From contig CAIXUZ010000049.1 of NCBI GenBank assembly GCA_903922735.1, forward strand, positions 16,636 to 80,635: DNA of 64,000 bases. Direction: 5' to 3'. The notes under the pieces were generated by a model. It did not search any database, was not told where the DNA came from, and saw nothing but the letters and a program-made list of their open reading frames with translations. Of the stretch, positions 1-11,070 are shown piece by piece (the first letter of the stretch is position 1; each line of letters starts with the position of its first letter). This stretch comes from an uncultured Verrucomicrobia subdivision 3 bacterium (GTDB lineage: Bacteria; Verrucomicrobiota; Verrucomicrobiia; Limisphaerales; UBA11358). The position numbers and the translations under genes are program-made.

Positions 1-714
1 TGGGAAGGCAATCCCTGGACCCCGACCAACGGCAAGAAAGGCGCGCACGCCAACAGCCGTTTCACGGCACCCGCGTCACAGTGCCCCGTCCTCGATCCCG
101 CCTGGCAGAATCCCGAAGGCGTGCCGCTTTCAGCGATCATGTTCGGCGGTCGCCGCCCCAGCACGATTCCGCTCGTGAACGAAGCCTTCGACTGGGAACA
201 CGGCGTGTTCATGGGTTCCGCCTGTGGTTCCGAAACCACCGCCGCCGCCCTTGGCGCCGCGGGCGTCCTTCGACGCGATCCGTTTGCCATGCTGCCGTTC
301 TGCGGTTACAACATGGCTGACTACTTCGCCCACTGGCTCTCCTTCGCGAAAAAGACCGACCGCTCCAAGCTGCCGAAAGTTTTCTTCGTGAACTGGTTCC
401 GCCGCAGCGCCGAAGGCAAATTTCTCTGGCCCGGCTACGGCGACAACAGCCGAGTCTTGAAATGGATTTGCGAGCGCGTCGAAGGCACCGCCAAGGCCCA
501 GACCACGCCCATCGGCAACATCCCCACGCCCGACGCACTGGACTTGTCCGGCTTGGATATGCCCGCTGGCAACCTCGAAGAACTGCTCAAAGTGGATCTC
601 GCCGGCTGGCGCAATGAAATCGCCGACGTCGCCGCAAACTACGCCAAGCTGGGCAGCAAACTGCCCCAGGCGTTGAATGACCAACTTGCCAGCCTCAAGA
701 AACGGATTGGCTGA
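1..714 (+). CDS. pckG: Phosphoenolpyruvate carboxykinase (GTP), 3' part (5' end outside window)
   Basis: Frame 1 is open from base 1 (WEGNPW...AHANSRFTAPASQCP) through FGGRR, RRDPFAMLPFCGYNMADYF, VNWFR and FLWPGYGDNSRVLKWI, all GTP-PEPCK C-terminal motifs. Confidence 0.96.
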   Translation, partial: WEGNPWTPTNGKKGAHANSRFTAPASQCPVLDPAWQNPEGVPLSAIMFGGRRPSTIPLVNEAFDWEHGVFMGSACGSETTAAALGAAGVLRRDPFAMLPFCGYNMADYFAHWLSFAKKTDRSKLPKVFFVNWFRRSAEGKFLWPGYGDNSRVLKWICERVEGTAKAQTTPIGNIPTPDALDLSGLDMPAGNLEELLKVDLAGWRNEIADVAANYAKLGSKLPQALNDQLASLKKRIG

Positions 715-734
715 AAATTAAATCATCAACCACG

Positions 735-764
735 AAACGGCCACCGGCAACGGTGGCCGTTTTT
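735..764 (+). terminator. Rho-independent terminator after pckG
   Basis: AAACGGCCACCG-GCAA-CGGTGGCCGTTT perfect hairpin followed by a T run. Confidence 0.85.
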
Positions 765-817
765 GCTTGTCCTTTGGCCGCCACTCGTCCATTCAAAACC
801 AGAACACCGTTCTTATT

Positions 818-1588
818 ATGAATAAAACCATCCTCATTCTCGTCACCAGCTTCATCGGCCTCGGACTGATGCCGGCCAACGCGCAATTCGCCCCCGCCGG
901 CGGCGCGCCGCAAGGCCCGCGCTTCGGCGGTGCGATGGACAAACTTTTTGGCGCCAACCAGGCTTTCGCCGCCACGCTTGAATTTCAAACCACCGAACGC
1001 CGTGGCGAAAACATCACCATGCCCGGCAAGATCAGTTTCGACAGCGGCAAATCCCGTTTTGAAATGAACATGAGCGAAACCAAAGGCACCAAAATGCCGC
1101 CGGATGCCGCCGAGCAGTTGAAATCCATGGGCATGGACACGATGATTTCCATTTCGCGCCCCGACACAAAAACCATCTACCTGGTTTATCCCGGCCTGCA
1201 CAGCTACGCTGAAATGCCCGCGCCCGACGCGGCGACCAAGTCCGACCCCGCTGACAGCAAAGTCGAGACCACCGAAATCGGCAAGGAAACCGTGGACGGC
1301 CACAACTGTATGAAAAACAAGGTCACGGTCACCGACAAAGATGGAACCAAACATGAGTCCACCGTCTGGAACGCGAGCGACATGAAGAATTTCCCCATAA
1401 AAATTGTCACCACCGAACAAGGCCAGAACTCCACCATGTTTTTCAGAAACATCTCGTTCACCAAACCCGCCGCCAGCAGCTTCGAAGCTCCGGACGGTTT
1501 CACCAAATACAACGACATCCAGACCATGATGCAAACCGAGATGATGAAAAAAATGGGCGGCGGCATGGGTATGCCATCCAGCCGGTAA
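818..1588 (+). CDS. Secreted protein, DUF4412-like
   Basis: ATG at 818 gives a signal peptide (MNKTILILVTSFIGLGLMPANA-Q); IGKETVDGHNC..KVTV...W...FPIK pattern resembles DUF4412 proteins. Confidence 0.7.
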   Translation: MNKTILILVTSFIGLGLMPANAQFAPAGGAPQGPRFGGAMDKLFGANQAFAATLEFQTTERRGENITMPGKISFDSGKSRFEMNMSETKGTKMPPDAAEQLKSMGMDTMISISRPDTKTIYLVYPGLHSYAEMPAPDAATKSDPADSKVETTEIGKETVDGHNCMKNKVTVTDKDGTKHESTVWNASDMKNFPIKIVTTEQGQNSTMFFRNISFTKPAASSFEAPDGFTKYNDIQTMMQTEMMKKMGGGMGMPSSR

Positions 1589-1589
1589 G

Positions 1590-2720
1590 ATGACCGCCCA
1601 CGCCACGCCGCAATGGCTCAGCACCGGCCGGGAAATTTTTCCAGCCATGCTCGATGCCATCCGCAACGCGCGCCAATCCGTCCGGCTGGAAACCTACATC
1701 TACGCCGACAGCCAGATCGGCCGGCAGTTTCGCGACGTCCTGACCAGCGCCGCCGCGCGCGGCGTGAAAGTTTCCGTGCTGGTGGACGCCTTCGGCTCCT
1801 GGCCTTTGCCCGCCAGTTTTTTCGCGCCGCTTCTCGCCGCCGGCGGCAGCGTCCGCTATTTCAACCCGCTCCGGCTTTGGCGGTTCGGCGTGCGTGATCA
1901 CCGCAAGCTGCTTTTATGCGATGACGCCTTGGTGTTCCTCGGCGGCTTCAATATTTCCGATGAATATGACGGCGACGGCGTGACTCGCGGCTGGTGCGAT
2001 ATAGGCATGTACATCGAAAATCCCGCGCTGGCAGTCGAGCTGACGAAATCATTCGATGAACTGTCAGTGTTGGCGGATTTCCATCGCAAGCCGCTGATGC
2101 GCCTGCGCGCCTTCAAACGCCGCCGCAAAACGGAAGCCGGGCTCGGCGGCGAACTATTGCTCAGCCATCCCGGCCGCGGGGCCAGCCCCTTTCAAGTTGC
2201 CCTCCATCGCGACCTTGCCCGGGCACGGGTCACGCGCATTGTCACCGCTTATTTTTTACCGACGCGCCGGGTGCGGCGCCACTTGATCCGCGCGGCGCGC
2301 AATGGCGGCCTGGTCCAGCTAATTCTCGCCGGCAGATCCGACGTGTTGCTTTCCCAACTGGCCGCCCGCAGTTTGTATCATCGCTTGATGAAGGCGGGTG
2401 TGGAAATTTACGAATATCAGCCGCAAATCCTGCACGCAAAATTGATCGTGAGCGACGGCGTTGCCTATGTTGGTTCCAGCAATCTTGACATCCGCAGCCT
2501 GAATCTGAATTACGAGCTGATGCTGCGGTTTGAAGATCAAGAAGTGGCCGCTGGCGCGCACGGGGTTTTTGAACAGATGCTAAAACATTCCCGCCGGATT
2601 GACCCCGGCTGGTTTAAAACCCAATCCTGGTGGCAACGCTGGCAGTATCGCTGGGCGCACTTCCTGGTGGCGCGAATTGATCCGCTCGTCGCCCTGCGCC
2701 AGTTCGGGGCGGTGAAGTGA
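1590..2720 (+). CDS. Cardiolipin synthase (ClsB-like), phospholipase D family
   Basis: Two HKD motifs (RDHRKLLLCD...GGFN; LHAKLIVSD...GSSNLDIRS); no N-terminal TM hairpin, as in ClsB. Confidence 0.88.
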   Translation: MTAHATPQWLSTGREIFPAMLDAIRNARQSVRLETYIYADSQIGRQFRDVLTSAAARGVKVSVLVDAFGSWPLPASFFAPLLAAGGSVRYFNPLRLWRFGVRDHRKLLLCDDALVFLGGFNISDEYDGDGVTRGWCDIGMYIENPALAVELTKSFDELSVLADFHRKPLMRLRAFKRRRKTEAGLGGELLLSHPGRGASPFQVALHRDLARARVTRIVTAYFLPTRRVRRHLIRAARNGGLVQLILAGRSDVLLSQLAARSLYHRLMKAGVEIYEYQPQILHAKLIVSDGVAYVGSSNLDIRSLNLNYELMLRFEDQEVAAGAHGVFEQMLKHSRRIDPGWFKTQSWWQRWQYRWAHFLVARIDPLVALRQFGAVK

Positions 2721-2782
2721 AGACATGAATTAACTCGAAACTGATAAGCCAGTGGGCAATCGCGGCTCACCACTTATCCAGT

Positions 2783-3334
2783 TCAGTCGTCCGTATCGTC
2801 TTCGCTGTTGTCTTTGCGTCCGATATAGCGCGGGTCGTTCTCCAGATTTTGCGAGAGGTAAACATGACGGATTTCCTGGCCAAAACCGTTGCGGCGGAAA
2901 AACGCGACTGCGCTGTGGTTTTTCGCCGCCGTGTCCACCAGCATGATCCGGGCGTCGCGCTCAATGAAGAGCCCTTTCATTTGTTTCATCAGCCGCGTCG
3001 CCACACCGCTGCGCTTGAAGCGCCGATCCACTCCCAGCCAAAGCAGCCAGCCATAACGCCAGGCGCTGCGCGGTTTTTCCATCATACGCCCCAGTGCAAA
3101 GCCTACTACCTGGCCTTCCGCTTCCGCGACGAGGCAGGTGTCCGCATCGCTGCTGAACAAAAGTGCCAGCTCGTGGTCGTTCCAGGAACGATAGAGCGAG
3201 GGCCATTCTTCCGCGGTGAAGAGTTTCTGCCCCAGTTCAAACACCTCCGGCACATCGTTCAATTCCATCTCGCGGATTTCCACGGACGGCAAAGGCTTTG
3301 AGCGCTGGCGGCGGATTGGCGAAGGAGTTTCCAT
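2783..3334 (-). CDS. GNAT family N-acetyltransferase
   Basis: LGVDRRFKRSGVATRLM (acetyl-CoA motif A) and N..AVAFFRRNGF; starts 1 nt after the alaS stop. Confidence 0.88.
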   Translation of the reverse strand: METPSPIRRQRSKPLPSVEIREMELNDVPEVFELGQKLFTAEEWPSLYRSWNDHELALLFSSDADTCLVAEAEGQVVGFALGRMMEKPRSAWRYGWLLWLGVDRRFKRSGVATRLMKQMKGLFIERDARIMLVDTAAKNHSAVAFFRRNGFGQEIRHVYLSQNLENDPRYIGRKDNSEDDTDD

Positions 3335-3335
3335 T

Positions 3336-6305
3336 TCAACCGATCAGGCTCTTCGCCTTGGCCAGCGCTTCATCCAATTTGCCCGCGTCCTTGCCACCGC
3401 CGCGCGCGTTGTCCGGCTTGCCGCCGCCTTTGCCGCCGACGATTGGCGCAATCTGCTGGATGATTTTCCCTGCCTGAACTTTCGCGGTGAATTCCGGCGA
3501 GACGTTTGCAATGAGCGTCACGCTGCCGTTCGCTGCGCCACCGACGACGATGACGCCTTTGAATCGGCCTTTCACCGCGTCCACGATGGCTTGTAAATAT
3601 TCGCCGTCGGCGTCGGGGAACGCTTGCGTGATGAGCGGGATGCCGTTTACTTCCGTCGTGCGCGTGAGCAACCAACTCGCGGTCTGCGCAGCGTTGCGCT
3701 GGATTGCCGACTTGAGCAACTTTTCCAATTCTTTTTGGTGCGCGAGCAAGGCTTCAACTTTCTTTTCCAGTTCCCCAACGGGCGAATTGATTTTGCCGGC
3801 GATGCTGCGGATGAGTTGCAACTGCTCGTTCGCCAAGCCGTAAGCGGTCAATCCCGCGACCGCTTCGATGCGCCGAACACCGGCAGCCACAGCGGCTTCA
3901 CTGACGATGCGGAACAAACCAATCTCGCCGGTCGCCCGCGTATGCGTACCGCCGCATAGTTCCATCGAATAGCCATCCAGTTTGCCGGCGCCGCCACCGA
4001 TTTGGACGACGCGGACGGTGTCGCCGTATTTGTCGCCGAAGAATTGCATCACGTCCTTGCGCGATTTCACGTCGGCGTGCGCGACTTCCGCCCACGAGAC
4101 GCCCGCGTTTTCGAGGATGCGTTCGTTGACGAGCTTTTCAATATCAGCGACCTGCCGGGGTGTGAGCGGCGCACTGTTGAAGTCGAAGGTCAATTTGTCC
4201 GGCCCGACGAAGGAACCTTTCTGCGAAGCCTCCTTGCTAGCGACTTCGTGCAAGGCCCAGTGCAGCAAATGTGTGACGGTGTGGTGGCGTTGGATCGCGT
4301 TGCGCCGAGACAAATCAACTGAAAGTGAAACGGTGCTGCCGACGACCGGCGCAGTTTCAAGTTTCAAGTTTTCAGTTTCAAGGAAATGCAAGAACGTGTT
4401 GCCGCTCTTCTGCGTGTTGGAAATCCGCCACAATTTTCCGCTGCCGGTCAACTCGCCGGTGTCGCCGACCTGTCCGCCCATCTCGGCGTAGCACGCGCTG
4501 GTGTCGAGGATGACGGCGGTTTTGTCCTTCAAAGAGACGACTTCGAGAACTTTGGCCGGCACGGCCAGTGCCTCGTAGCCGACGAACTTCGTGGGCGTGG
4601 TGGTCTCGATTTGCGAGAGGGAAATGACTTCCTTCTTCTGCGCGGCGCGGGCGCGGGCGCGCTGCTCTTCCATCAACCAATCAAATTCGGCCTTATCCAC
4701 ACTGAACCCATGCTCACGCGCCATCAACTCTGTCAAATCGAGCGGAAACCCATACGTGTCGTAAAGAGTGAAAGCAAAACTGCCAAGAAATTCCACCGGC
4801 TTTTTTGGTGGTGAAGGAATGCCATTAACCAAGACTGGATTTTCTTTTCCCTGTTTCACAGCCGACATCATTCCATCGAACCGCTCAATTCCGTTGTCCA
4901 ACGTCTTGTTAAACGCCTCTTCCTCGCGCTGGATGGTTTCCTGCACCTGCTTCTTGCGGGCACGGATTTCGGGGAAGACGTCGCCCATCGTGTCGGCGAG
5001 GACGTCCACGAGTTTGTAGAAGAACGGTTCCTTGAATCCGAGGGTGCGTCCGTAGCGCACGGCGCGGCGCAGGATGCGGCGCAATACGTAGTTCCGGTCC
5101 GTGTTCCCGGGCTGGATGCCGTCGGCAATGGCAAAACTGAGGGTGCGGATATGGTCGGCGATGACGCGAAAAGCGATGTCCTCGGCAATTTGGGCGGCAT
5201 TATCGGCGCGACCGGCAGGGTTATCGGTTGAGCCGATAGGCTTATCGGTCGAACCGGCACGGTTATCGGCGGAACCGATAGCCCTATCGGCTGAACCGAC
5301 AGACGTGCCGGAACCGGCGACAGGCTTATCGGCGGAACCGGCAGGCTTACCGGTTGAACCGGTCGCCTTATCGGTCGAGCCGATAGGGTTGTCGGCTGTT
5401 CCGATAATGCGATTGGCGTCGCCGGGCAGCGTGCTTTTATAGGTTTTCCCGCTCATTTTCTCCAAAGCGTCAAAAATGGGGCGGAAAATGTCGGTTTCGT
5501 AGTTGGAAATCTTGGCGTGGGCAAAATCCGTCAGGTTTTTAGTGCCTTGGATGATGCTGGTGACGCGCTCGAAACCCATGCCGGTGTCCACCGCTTTTGC
5601 CGGCAGCGGCGAAAAGGTGCCATCCGGATTGGCGTTGAACTGCATGAAGACGAGGTTCCAGATTTCAATGCAGCGGGCGTCGCCTTTGTTCACCAGACTG
5701 CCTTTGGTATCGCCGGCGGGCGTCAAATCCACATGGAGTTCGGAGCAGGGGCCGCACGGGCCGGTTTCGCCCATCATCCAGAAATTATCTTTCTTGTTGC
5801 CGTTGACGATGTGGACGGCGGGGTCGAGGCCGACGGAACGGAATTTCTCGGCCCAGAAGTTCCACGCTTCCTGATCGAATTCGCTGGGGTCGTTTTTGGA
5901 TTTGTCCGGATTGTAAACGGTGGCGTAAAGGCGTTGCGGCGGGAACTTCCAGATGTTCACGACCAACTCCCACGCCCATTCGATGGCTTCCTGCTTGAAA
6001 TAGTCGCCGAAGGACCAGTTGCCGAGCATCTCAAAGAACGTGTGGTGATAGGTGTCGAGGCCGACGTCGTCAAGGTCGTTGTGCTTGCCGCCGGCGCGAA
6101 TGCATTTCTGGGTGTCGGCGGCGCGACCGGGTGTGTAAGGACATTGGCTCTGGCCGAGGAAGATGGGCACGAACTGGTTCATGCCGGCGTTGGTGAACAG
6201 CAGGTTCGGGCTGTCCGGCATCAGGCTGGACGAGGGAACGATGGTGTGCTGCTTCGATTTGAAAAAATCGAGGAACGATTGGCGGATTTGCGTGCTGGTC
6301 ATCAT
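3336..6305 (-). CDS. alaS: Alanine--tRNA ligase, with an in-frame repeat insertion
   Basis: MMTSTQIRQSFLDFF, LLFTNAGMNQF, HHTFFEMLGNWSFGDYFK, DTGMGFER, editing HHTVTHLLH and ELCGGTH, C-terminal GGKGGG. Start placed at ATG 6305. Confidence 0.98.
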   Translation of the reverse strand: MMTSTQIRQSFLDFFKSKQHTIVPSSSLMPDSPNLLFTNAGMNQFVPIFLGQSQCPYTPGRAADTQKCIRAGGKHNDLDDVGLDTYHHTFFEMLGNWSFGDYFKQEAIEWAWELVVNIWKFPPQRLYATVYNPDKSKNDPSEFDQEAWNFWAEKFRSVGLDPAVHIVNGNKKDNFWMMGETGPCGPCSELHVDLTPAGDTKGSLVNKGDARCIEIWNLVFMQFNANPDGTFSPLPAKAVDTGMGFERVTSIIQGTKNLTDFAHAKISNYETDIFRPIFDALEKMSGKTYKSTLPGDANRIIGTADNPIGSTDKATGSTGKPAGSADKPVAGSGTSVGSADRAIGSADNRAGSTDKPIGSTDNPAGRADNAAQIAEDIAFRVIADHIRTLSFAIADGIQPGNTDRNYVLRRILRRAVRYGRTLGFKEPFFYKLVDVLADTMGDVFPEIRARKKQVQETIQREEEAFNKTLDNGIERFDGMMSAVKQGKENPVLVNGIPSPPKKPVEFLGSFAFTLYDTYGFPLDLTELMAREHGFSVDKAEFDWLMEEQRARARAAQKKEVISLSQIETTTPTKFVGYEALAVPAKVLEVVSLKDKTAVILDTSACYAEMGGQVGDTGELTGSGKLWRISNTQKSGNTFLHFLETENLKLETAPVVGSTVSLSVDLSRRNAIQRHHTVTHLLHWALHEVASKEASQKGSFVGPDKLTFDFNSAPLTPRQVADIEKLVNERILENAGVSWAEVAHADVKSRKDVMQFFGDKYGDTVRVVQIGGGAGKLDGYSMELCGGTHTRATGEIGLFRIVSEAAVAAGVRRIEAVAGLTAYGLANEQLQLIRSIAGKINSPVGELEKKVEALLAHQKELEKLLKSAIQRNAAQTASWLLTRTTEVNGIPLITQAFPDADGEYLQAIVDAVKGRFKGVIVVGGAANGSVTLIANVSPEFTAKVQAGKIIQQIAPIVGGKGGGKPDNARGGGKDAGKLDEALAKAKSLIG
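5200..5409. repeat. Ten degenerate 21-bp tandem repeats with internal palindrome, in frame inside alaS
   Basis: Units such as TTATCGGTTGAGCCGATAGGC / TTATCGGTCGAACCGGCACGG / TTATCGGCGGAACCGATAGCC; core TATCGG-N5-CCGATA; read in AlaS as (I/A)GS(A/T)D(K/N)P heptads. Confidence 0.92.
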
Positions 6306-6422
6306 GCGAAATTGAGCGTTGAGCCTAGCGCAAGGAGAGCAGACAGGCGAGTGGAAGTTTTGCATTGAGCCGGTTGCAAAACGGCGGCGATGGACGCATA
6401 ATCTGACCACCTTGATATTTTC

Positions 6423-9400
6423 ATGAGCCAGAAACCCAGCATGGTGGCGCTACGGGCAGGTTTGATCTACGGCCTGATCGCAGGCTTGTGGATTTTATTT
6501 TCCGACAAACTACTGGCGAAATTCGTCCAGGACCGGGATCAATATACCCGGCTGGAAATTTACAAGGGCTGGTTCTTCGTGGGTTTCACAGGCGTGATCC
6601 TTTTCATCATCATGCGGCAATTGCTGGAGCGGGAATCCCAAAAAGTCAAGGCCCTGAAGAAAGCGGATTCATTGAATCAGCTACAAAATCTGGCGTTGCA
6701 GATGATCGCCAGCGGCAAACCGCTGCCCGACACACTGGAGGAGTTGCTGCGCGGTGTTGAGGCGCAATCGCCGGGAATGCTGGCTTCGATTCTGCTGCTG
6801 GATGGAACGCATTTGCACCACGGGGCGGCGCCGTCACTGCCGAAGAAATTTTCGATGGCGATTGACGGCGCAACCATCGGGCCGAGGGTCGGCAGTTGCG
6901 GGACGGCGGCGTATCGCGGTTCGCCGGTGTTCGTCAGCGACATTGCGAACGATCCACTGTGGGCGGATTACAAACATCTGGCACTGCCACATGGATTGCG
7001 CTCCTGCTGGTCCACGCCCATTTTGGATGAGCAGAAGAAGGTGCTTGGCACGTTTGGCATTTACCACCGCAAGACGGGTTTGCCGAGCGACGACGACGTC
7101 GGCTTAATTGAATTGGTAACGCATACGGCAACCACAGCCATTGAAAAGCATCGCGCAGAAAAATCGCTGCGGGAAAGCGAAGAACGATTCCGGATGCTGG
7201 TGGAACATGCGTCCGATGCCATTTTTGTTCACGATATCAACGGCAAAGTGCTGGATGTCAATCGAAGCGCATGCGAAACCCTTGGCTATTCGCGGAAGGA
7301 ATTGCTGCAAATGTCGGTGGCAGATATCGCGGCGGACGTCCAGTTAAGCGCGGCGCAAGAAATTTGGCGAAAACTGCAGGCAGGCGGTTCACAAATAGTG
7401 CGCGACCAGCACCGGCGTAAGAACGGAACTATTTTTCCAGTGGAGGTGAGCTTGACCACCTATGAGGTTTCAGGCCAGAAAGTCATAGCAGCAATGGCTC
7501 GCAACTTGAGCGGACGCAAAGAATATGAAGACCAGCTGGCGCAGTCGGTTTCACTGCTTCGCGCCACCATTGAATCCAGCGCCAACGGATTGCTGGTGGT
7601 AGGTCTCGATGGCAAGGTGACCGTTTATAACAGCCGATTTCTTGAAATGTGGCGGCTCCCCGCCGAACTCGTTGCCCGCAACGATGACGCAGCCATGCTG
7701 GAAGCGGTGTTGGATCAACTCTCACAGCCAGACGAGTTTTTGCATCGCGTCCAAGAACTTTACCAGCAGCTGGAGCAGGAATCATTCGAGACGATTGGAT
7801 TCAAAGACGGTCGGGTCTTTGAGCGGGTATCGAGGCCACAGCGTCTTGGCGACAGGATTATCGGGCGCGTCTGGAGCTTCCGCGATGTAACCGAACAGAA
7901 GAGAACGCACGAAGCCTTGGAACGTGAACGTGAGTTGCTGCGCCTGATGGAATCCAATACTTCCGACAGGATTTATTTCAAAGACTTGGAAAGCCGATTC
8001 ATCCGAGTCAACAAAACGATGGCAAAGTTGTACGGTTGTGACAACCCGGCTGACCTCATCGGGAAAACCGATTTCGACGTTTTTGGCAAAGAACACGCAG
8101 GCGAAGCCTTTGTCGATGAACAGCGGATCATCAAAACCGGTGTGCCGATGATCGGCTATGAAGAAAAGGAGGTCTGGGCCAACGGCAAAGTAACCTGGGT
8201 CTCATCCAGCAAAGCATGCCTGCGTGACAGCGAAGGACATATCACAGGAACATTTGGCATCTCCCGCGACATAACCAAACAAAAAGAAATCGAATTGACG
8301 TTGCGGGAAAACGAATTACGAATGCGCACGCTTTTCGATCTCTCGCCGGATGCCATATTTGTGGAAGATTTGGAGGGCCGAGTGCTCGACGTTAATGCCG
8401 CCGCCTGCCATCTGCACGAAATGACCAAGGAAGAATTGATCGGCAAATCTGTGTTTGATCTCACGCCCGCCGACACCCACCCGACCGTCAAAATTGATTT
8501 TGCCAAACTCGTCTCAGGCCTGACCAGCAACATCGAAGAGGAGAGTCTTACGGCTAAAGGCCGCCGAATCCCTGTGGATATCAACGCCCGGCGTATCACC
8601 TACGATGGACAACCCGCGCTCCAGATCAATGTCCGGGACATTTCGGAGCGCCGCCGCGCCACCGAAACGCTGCACACCACCCAGGCGCTTTATTCCTCAC
8701 TGGTCGAACAGATGCCAGTGTGTGTGTTCCGCAAGGATGCGGCGGGCCGGTTCGAATTTGTCAACTCACGGTTCAGTGAATTAAAACAGCTCAAGCGGGA
8801 GGAAATACTCGGACGCACGGCTGCAGAAATGGCGGAATACAAATTAAAGCAAAACCTCTCAGACGCGAATGATTACAATTTTTCAGTGGTCGGTGTTAAC
8901 CATCACAACACCATCATAAAAACTGGAAAGACAATTGAAGTAGATGAAGAGTACATCGCTCCGGATGGCGAGGTTCGGTTCTTCCACGTTTTCAAGACCC
9001 CGGTGTTTGATAGCAACCGAAAGATTGTCGGCACCCAGGGCATCATGTTTGATCTCACTGACCGCAAACGGATTGATGAAAAACTTAGGCTGGCCAACGA
9101 ACGGACGAAGTTTTACATGAGCCGGTTGCCGCTGGCATTCATTGCGTGGGACCAGGATTTTTGTGTGACCGAATGGAACCCTGCCGCCGAAAGAATTTTT
9201 GGCTGGCCTGCCGCTGAAGCCATTGGACGTCACGCCTACGAGTTGATCGTCCCCGCCGACATTCAGCCGCTGGTCAGCAAACTCTGGCAAGATATCATCG
9301 CCGGTGGAAATCTTGCCAGCCATTCCATCAACGACAACATCACTAAAGATGGAAGCCGCCTGAACTGTGAATGGCGCAATATGGCTATCCGCGATGCCCA

Positions 9401-10628
9401 TAGTCGTATTTGTGGCTGCCTCTCGATTGTCGAAGATATCACTGAGCGGGTTCGCAATGAAAAACAACGCGGTGAACTGGAGTCCCAGTTGCGCCAGTCG
9501 CAGAAAATGGAAGCGGTCGGCCAGTTATCCGGTGGCATCGCACATGATTTCAACAACATTCTGACGATTATCCAAGGCAACGCCGCACTGCTCCAAAACC
9601 TCGACCTCCACCCGGAAGAAATCCGCGACGCCTCCAACCAGATTTCACATGCCGCCGAACGCGCCGCCAGCCTTACCCGCCAATTGCTGCTGTTTGCCCG
9701 CAAACAGCAGATGCAGCTCATCAATCTGGACCTCAACGAAACCGTGGCACACATCACCAGAATGCTTCAGCGTATCCTCGGCGAAGATCTCGCGCTGCAC
9801 ACTGAATACGGCTCCGCTCTGCCTTTGATTCAGGCGGACACCGGAATGATTGAGCAAATCCTGTTGAACCTCGCTGTCAACGCCCGTGACGCCATGAGCA
9901 ATGGCGGCAAACTCACAATCCGCACCTTCACCGAAAAACGAGCCGGTAAAACTGAAAGTTCGGAGGATTTATGGGTTTGCCTGCAATTCAGCGACAATGG
10001 TAGCGGCATCCCCCCGGAAATTTTACCCCGCATCTTTGAACCATTTTTTACCACCAAGGAAGTTGGCAAAGGCACCGGCCTCGGCCTGGCTACCGTTTAT
10101 GGAATCGTGCAGCAGCATCGCGGAAGCATCAATGTTCAAAGCGAACCGGGCAAAGGCACAACCTTCACCGTCGCCTTTCCCGCCATCCGCAACACTGAAG
10201 CCAGCCAAGCCACGCTCAAGCCTCAACCAACCCTGCCATGGGGAACGGAAACCATTTTACTGGTGGAAGATGAAATTTCACTGCGCGCCTTTGTAGCCGA
10301 CCTGCTGAACCGCTGTGGCTACAGCGTGCTAGAAGCCGATTCGGGCCCGGCCGCATTAAAAATCTGGTCGGCCAACCGGGATAAAATTGATTTATTATTT
10401 ACCGACGTCATCATGCCGGAAAACATGAACGGCATCGAACTAGGCCAGCGCTTGCTTGCAGAAAAACCCACCCTTAAAGTTATCTACACCAGTGGTTATA
10501 CCGGCAACCTCGAAAGCCGTCGCGCCACCCTCGTTGAAGGCGCAAATTTTATCCGTAAACCTTTTAAACCCGACGCCCTCGCTAACATTATCCGCCATCG
10601 GCTCGATGGAAAAACTTCCGCGAAGTAA
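6423..10628 (+). CDS. Membrane-anchored hybrid sensor histidine kinase (GAF, multiple PAS, HisKA/HATPase, receiver)
   Basis: Two N-terminal TM segments, GAF (GSCGTAAY...CWSTPI), several PAS/PAC units, H-box [27 protein letters not shown], receiver ILLVED...TDVIMP...KPF. Confidence 0.93.
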   Translation: MSQKPSMVALRAGLIYGLIAGLWILFSDKLLAKFVQDRDQYTRLEIYKGWFFVGFTGVILFIIMRQLLERESQKVKALKKADSLNQLQNLALQMIASGKPLPDTLEELLRGVEAQSPGMLASILLLDGTHLHHGAAPSLPKKFSMAIDGATIGPRVGSCGTAAYRGSPVFVSDIANDPLWADYKHLALPHGLRSCWSTPILDEQKKVLGTFGIYHRKTGLPSDDDVGLIELVTHTATTAIEKHRAEKSLRESEERFRMLVEHASDAIFVHDINGKVLDVNRSACETLGYSRKELLQMSVADIAADVQLSAAQEIWRKLQAGGSQIVRDQHRRKNGTIFPVEVSLTTYEVSGQKVIAAMARNLSGRKEYEDQLAQSVSLLRATIESSANGLLVVGLDGKVTVYNSRFLEMWRLPAELVARNDDAAMLEAVLDQLSQPDEFLHRVQELYQQLEQESFETIGFKDGRVFERVSRPQRLGDRIIGRVWSFRDVTEQKRTHEALERERELLRLMESNTSDRIYFKDLESRFIRVNKTMAKLYGCDNPADLIGKTDFDVFGKEHAGEAFVDEQRIIKTGVPMIGYEEKEVWANGKVTWVSSSKACLRDSEGHITGTFGISRDITKQKEIELTLRENELRMRTLFDLSPDAIFVEDLEGRVLDVNAAACHLHEMTKEELIGKSVFDLTPADTHPTVKIDFAKLVSGLTSNIEEESLTAKGRRIPVDINARRITYDGQPALQINVRDISERRRATETLHTTQALYSSLVEQMPVCVFRKDAAGRFEFVNSRFSELKQLKREEILGRTAAEMAEYKLKQNLSDANDYNFSVVGVNHHNTIIKTGKTIEVDEEYIAPDGEVRFFHVFKTPVFDSNRKIVGTQGIMFDLTDRKRIDEKLRLANERTKFYMSRLPLAFIAWDQDFCVTEWNPAAERIFGWPAAEAIGRHAYELIVPADIQPLVSKLWQDIIAGGNLASHSINDNITKDGSRLNCEWRNMAIRDAHSRICGCLSIVEDITERVRNEKQRGELESQLRQSQKMEAVGQLSGGIAHDFNNILTIIQGNAALLQNLDLHPEEIRDASNQISHAAERAASLTRQLLLFARKQQMQLINLDLNETVAHITRMLQRILGEDLALHTEYGSALPLIQADTGMIEQILLNLAVNARDAMSNGGKLTIRTFTEKRAGKTESSEDLWVCLQFSDNGSGIPPEILPRIFEPFFTTKEVGKGTGLGLATVYGIVQQHRGSINVQSEPGKGTTFTVAFPAIRNTEASQATLKPQPTLPWGTETILLVEDEISLRAFVADLLNRCGYSVLEADSGPAALKIWSANRDKIDLLFTDVIMPENMNGIELGQRLLAEKPTLKVIYTSGYTGNLESRRATLVEGANFIRKPFKPDALANIIRHRLDGKTSAK

Positions 10629-10784
10629 AAGTAAAAAATCGACGCAGCTTTAAATCTACTCCCGATCGAATACCGGGCGCAAGCGTTTGCGGAAAAATTC
10701 GGAAAATATTTATTGTGATTTCACTTGAGAATACGAGCGCCTGAGGCGAGTTTAAACCCAGTTAAAGTTGATCTTTTAAAAACC

Positions 10785-10970
10785 AGATTTCCCTGCCCTG
10801 TTTGTGATTGGCAACAGTCCTTGAACCGTAATTAAAACGATCACGGGATGAGCCGCAGACGGTGGCCAACATGTCGGCCTGCCCGAAAATTGAAAGCCGC
10901 CGGGCAAGTCCCACAAGTAGCAATACTTGTTCAAAGGATCGAGTTCCACACGGCAATGGCGGGGGATTAA
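10785..10970 (+). ncRNA. ssrS: 6S RNA
   Basis: Closing stem TTCCCTGCC...GGCGGGGGA, internal GTCCTTGAAC pairing with GTTCAAAGGAT, central bubble, length about 185 nt; lies upstream of a ygfA homologue (established 6S-ygfA synteny). Ends approximate; no covariance model run. Confidence 0.8.
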
Positions 10971-11006
10971 TTAAGATTGCCGGTTTGCTCGCGCACAACG
11001 GCAATC

Positions 11007-11039
11007 AAAGCCCGCCACGCGTGCGGGCTTTTTTATTTT
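11007..11039 (+). terminator. Terminator after 6S RNA
   Basis: AAAGCCCGC-loop-GCGGGCTTTTTT. Confidence 0.75.
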
Positions 11040-11070
11040 GCCGTTCTCAACCCGATGCTACCTTGTCTGA

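Noticed and set aside
6306-6410. N-terminal extension of AlaS in the ORF track
   Set aside because: Conserved AlaRS sequence begins at MMTSTQIR (6305); the extension covers the divergent promoter region.
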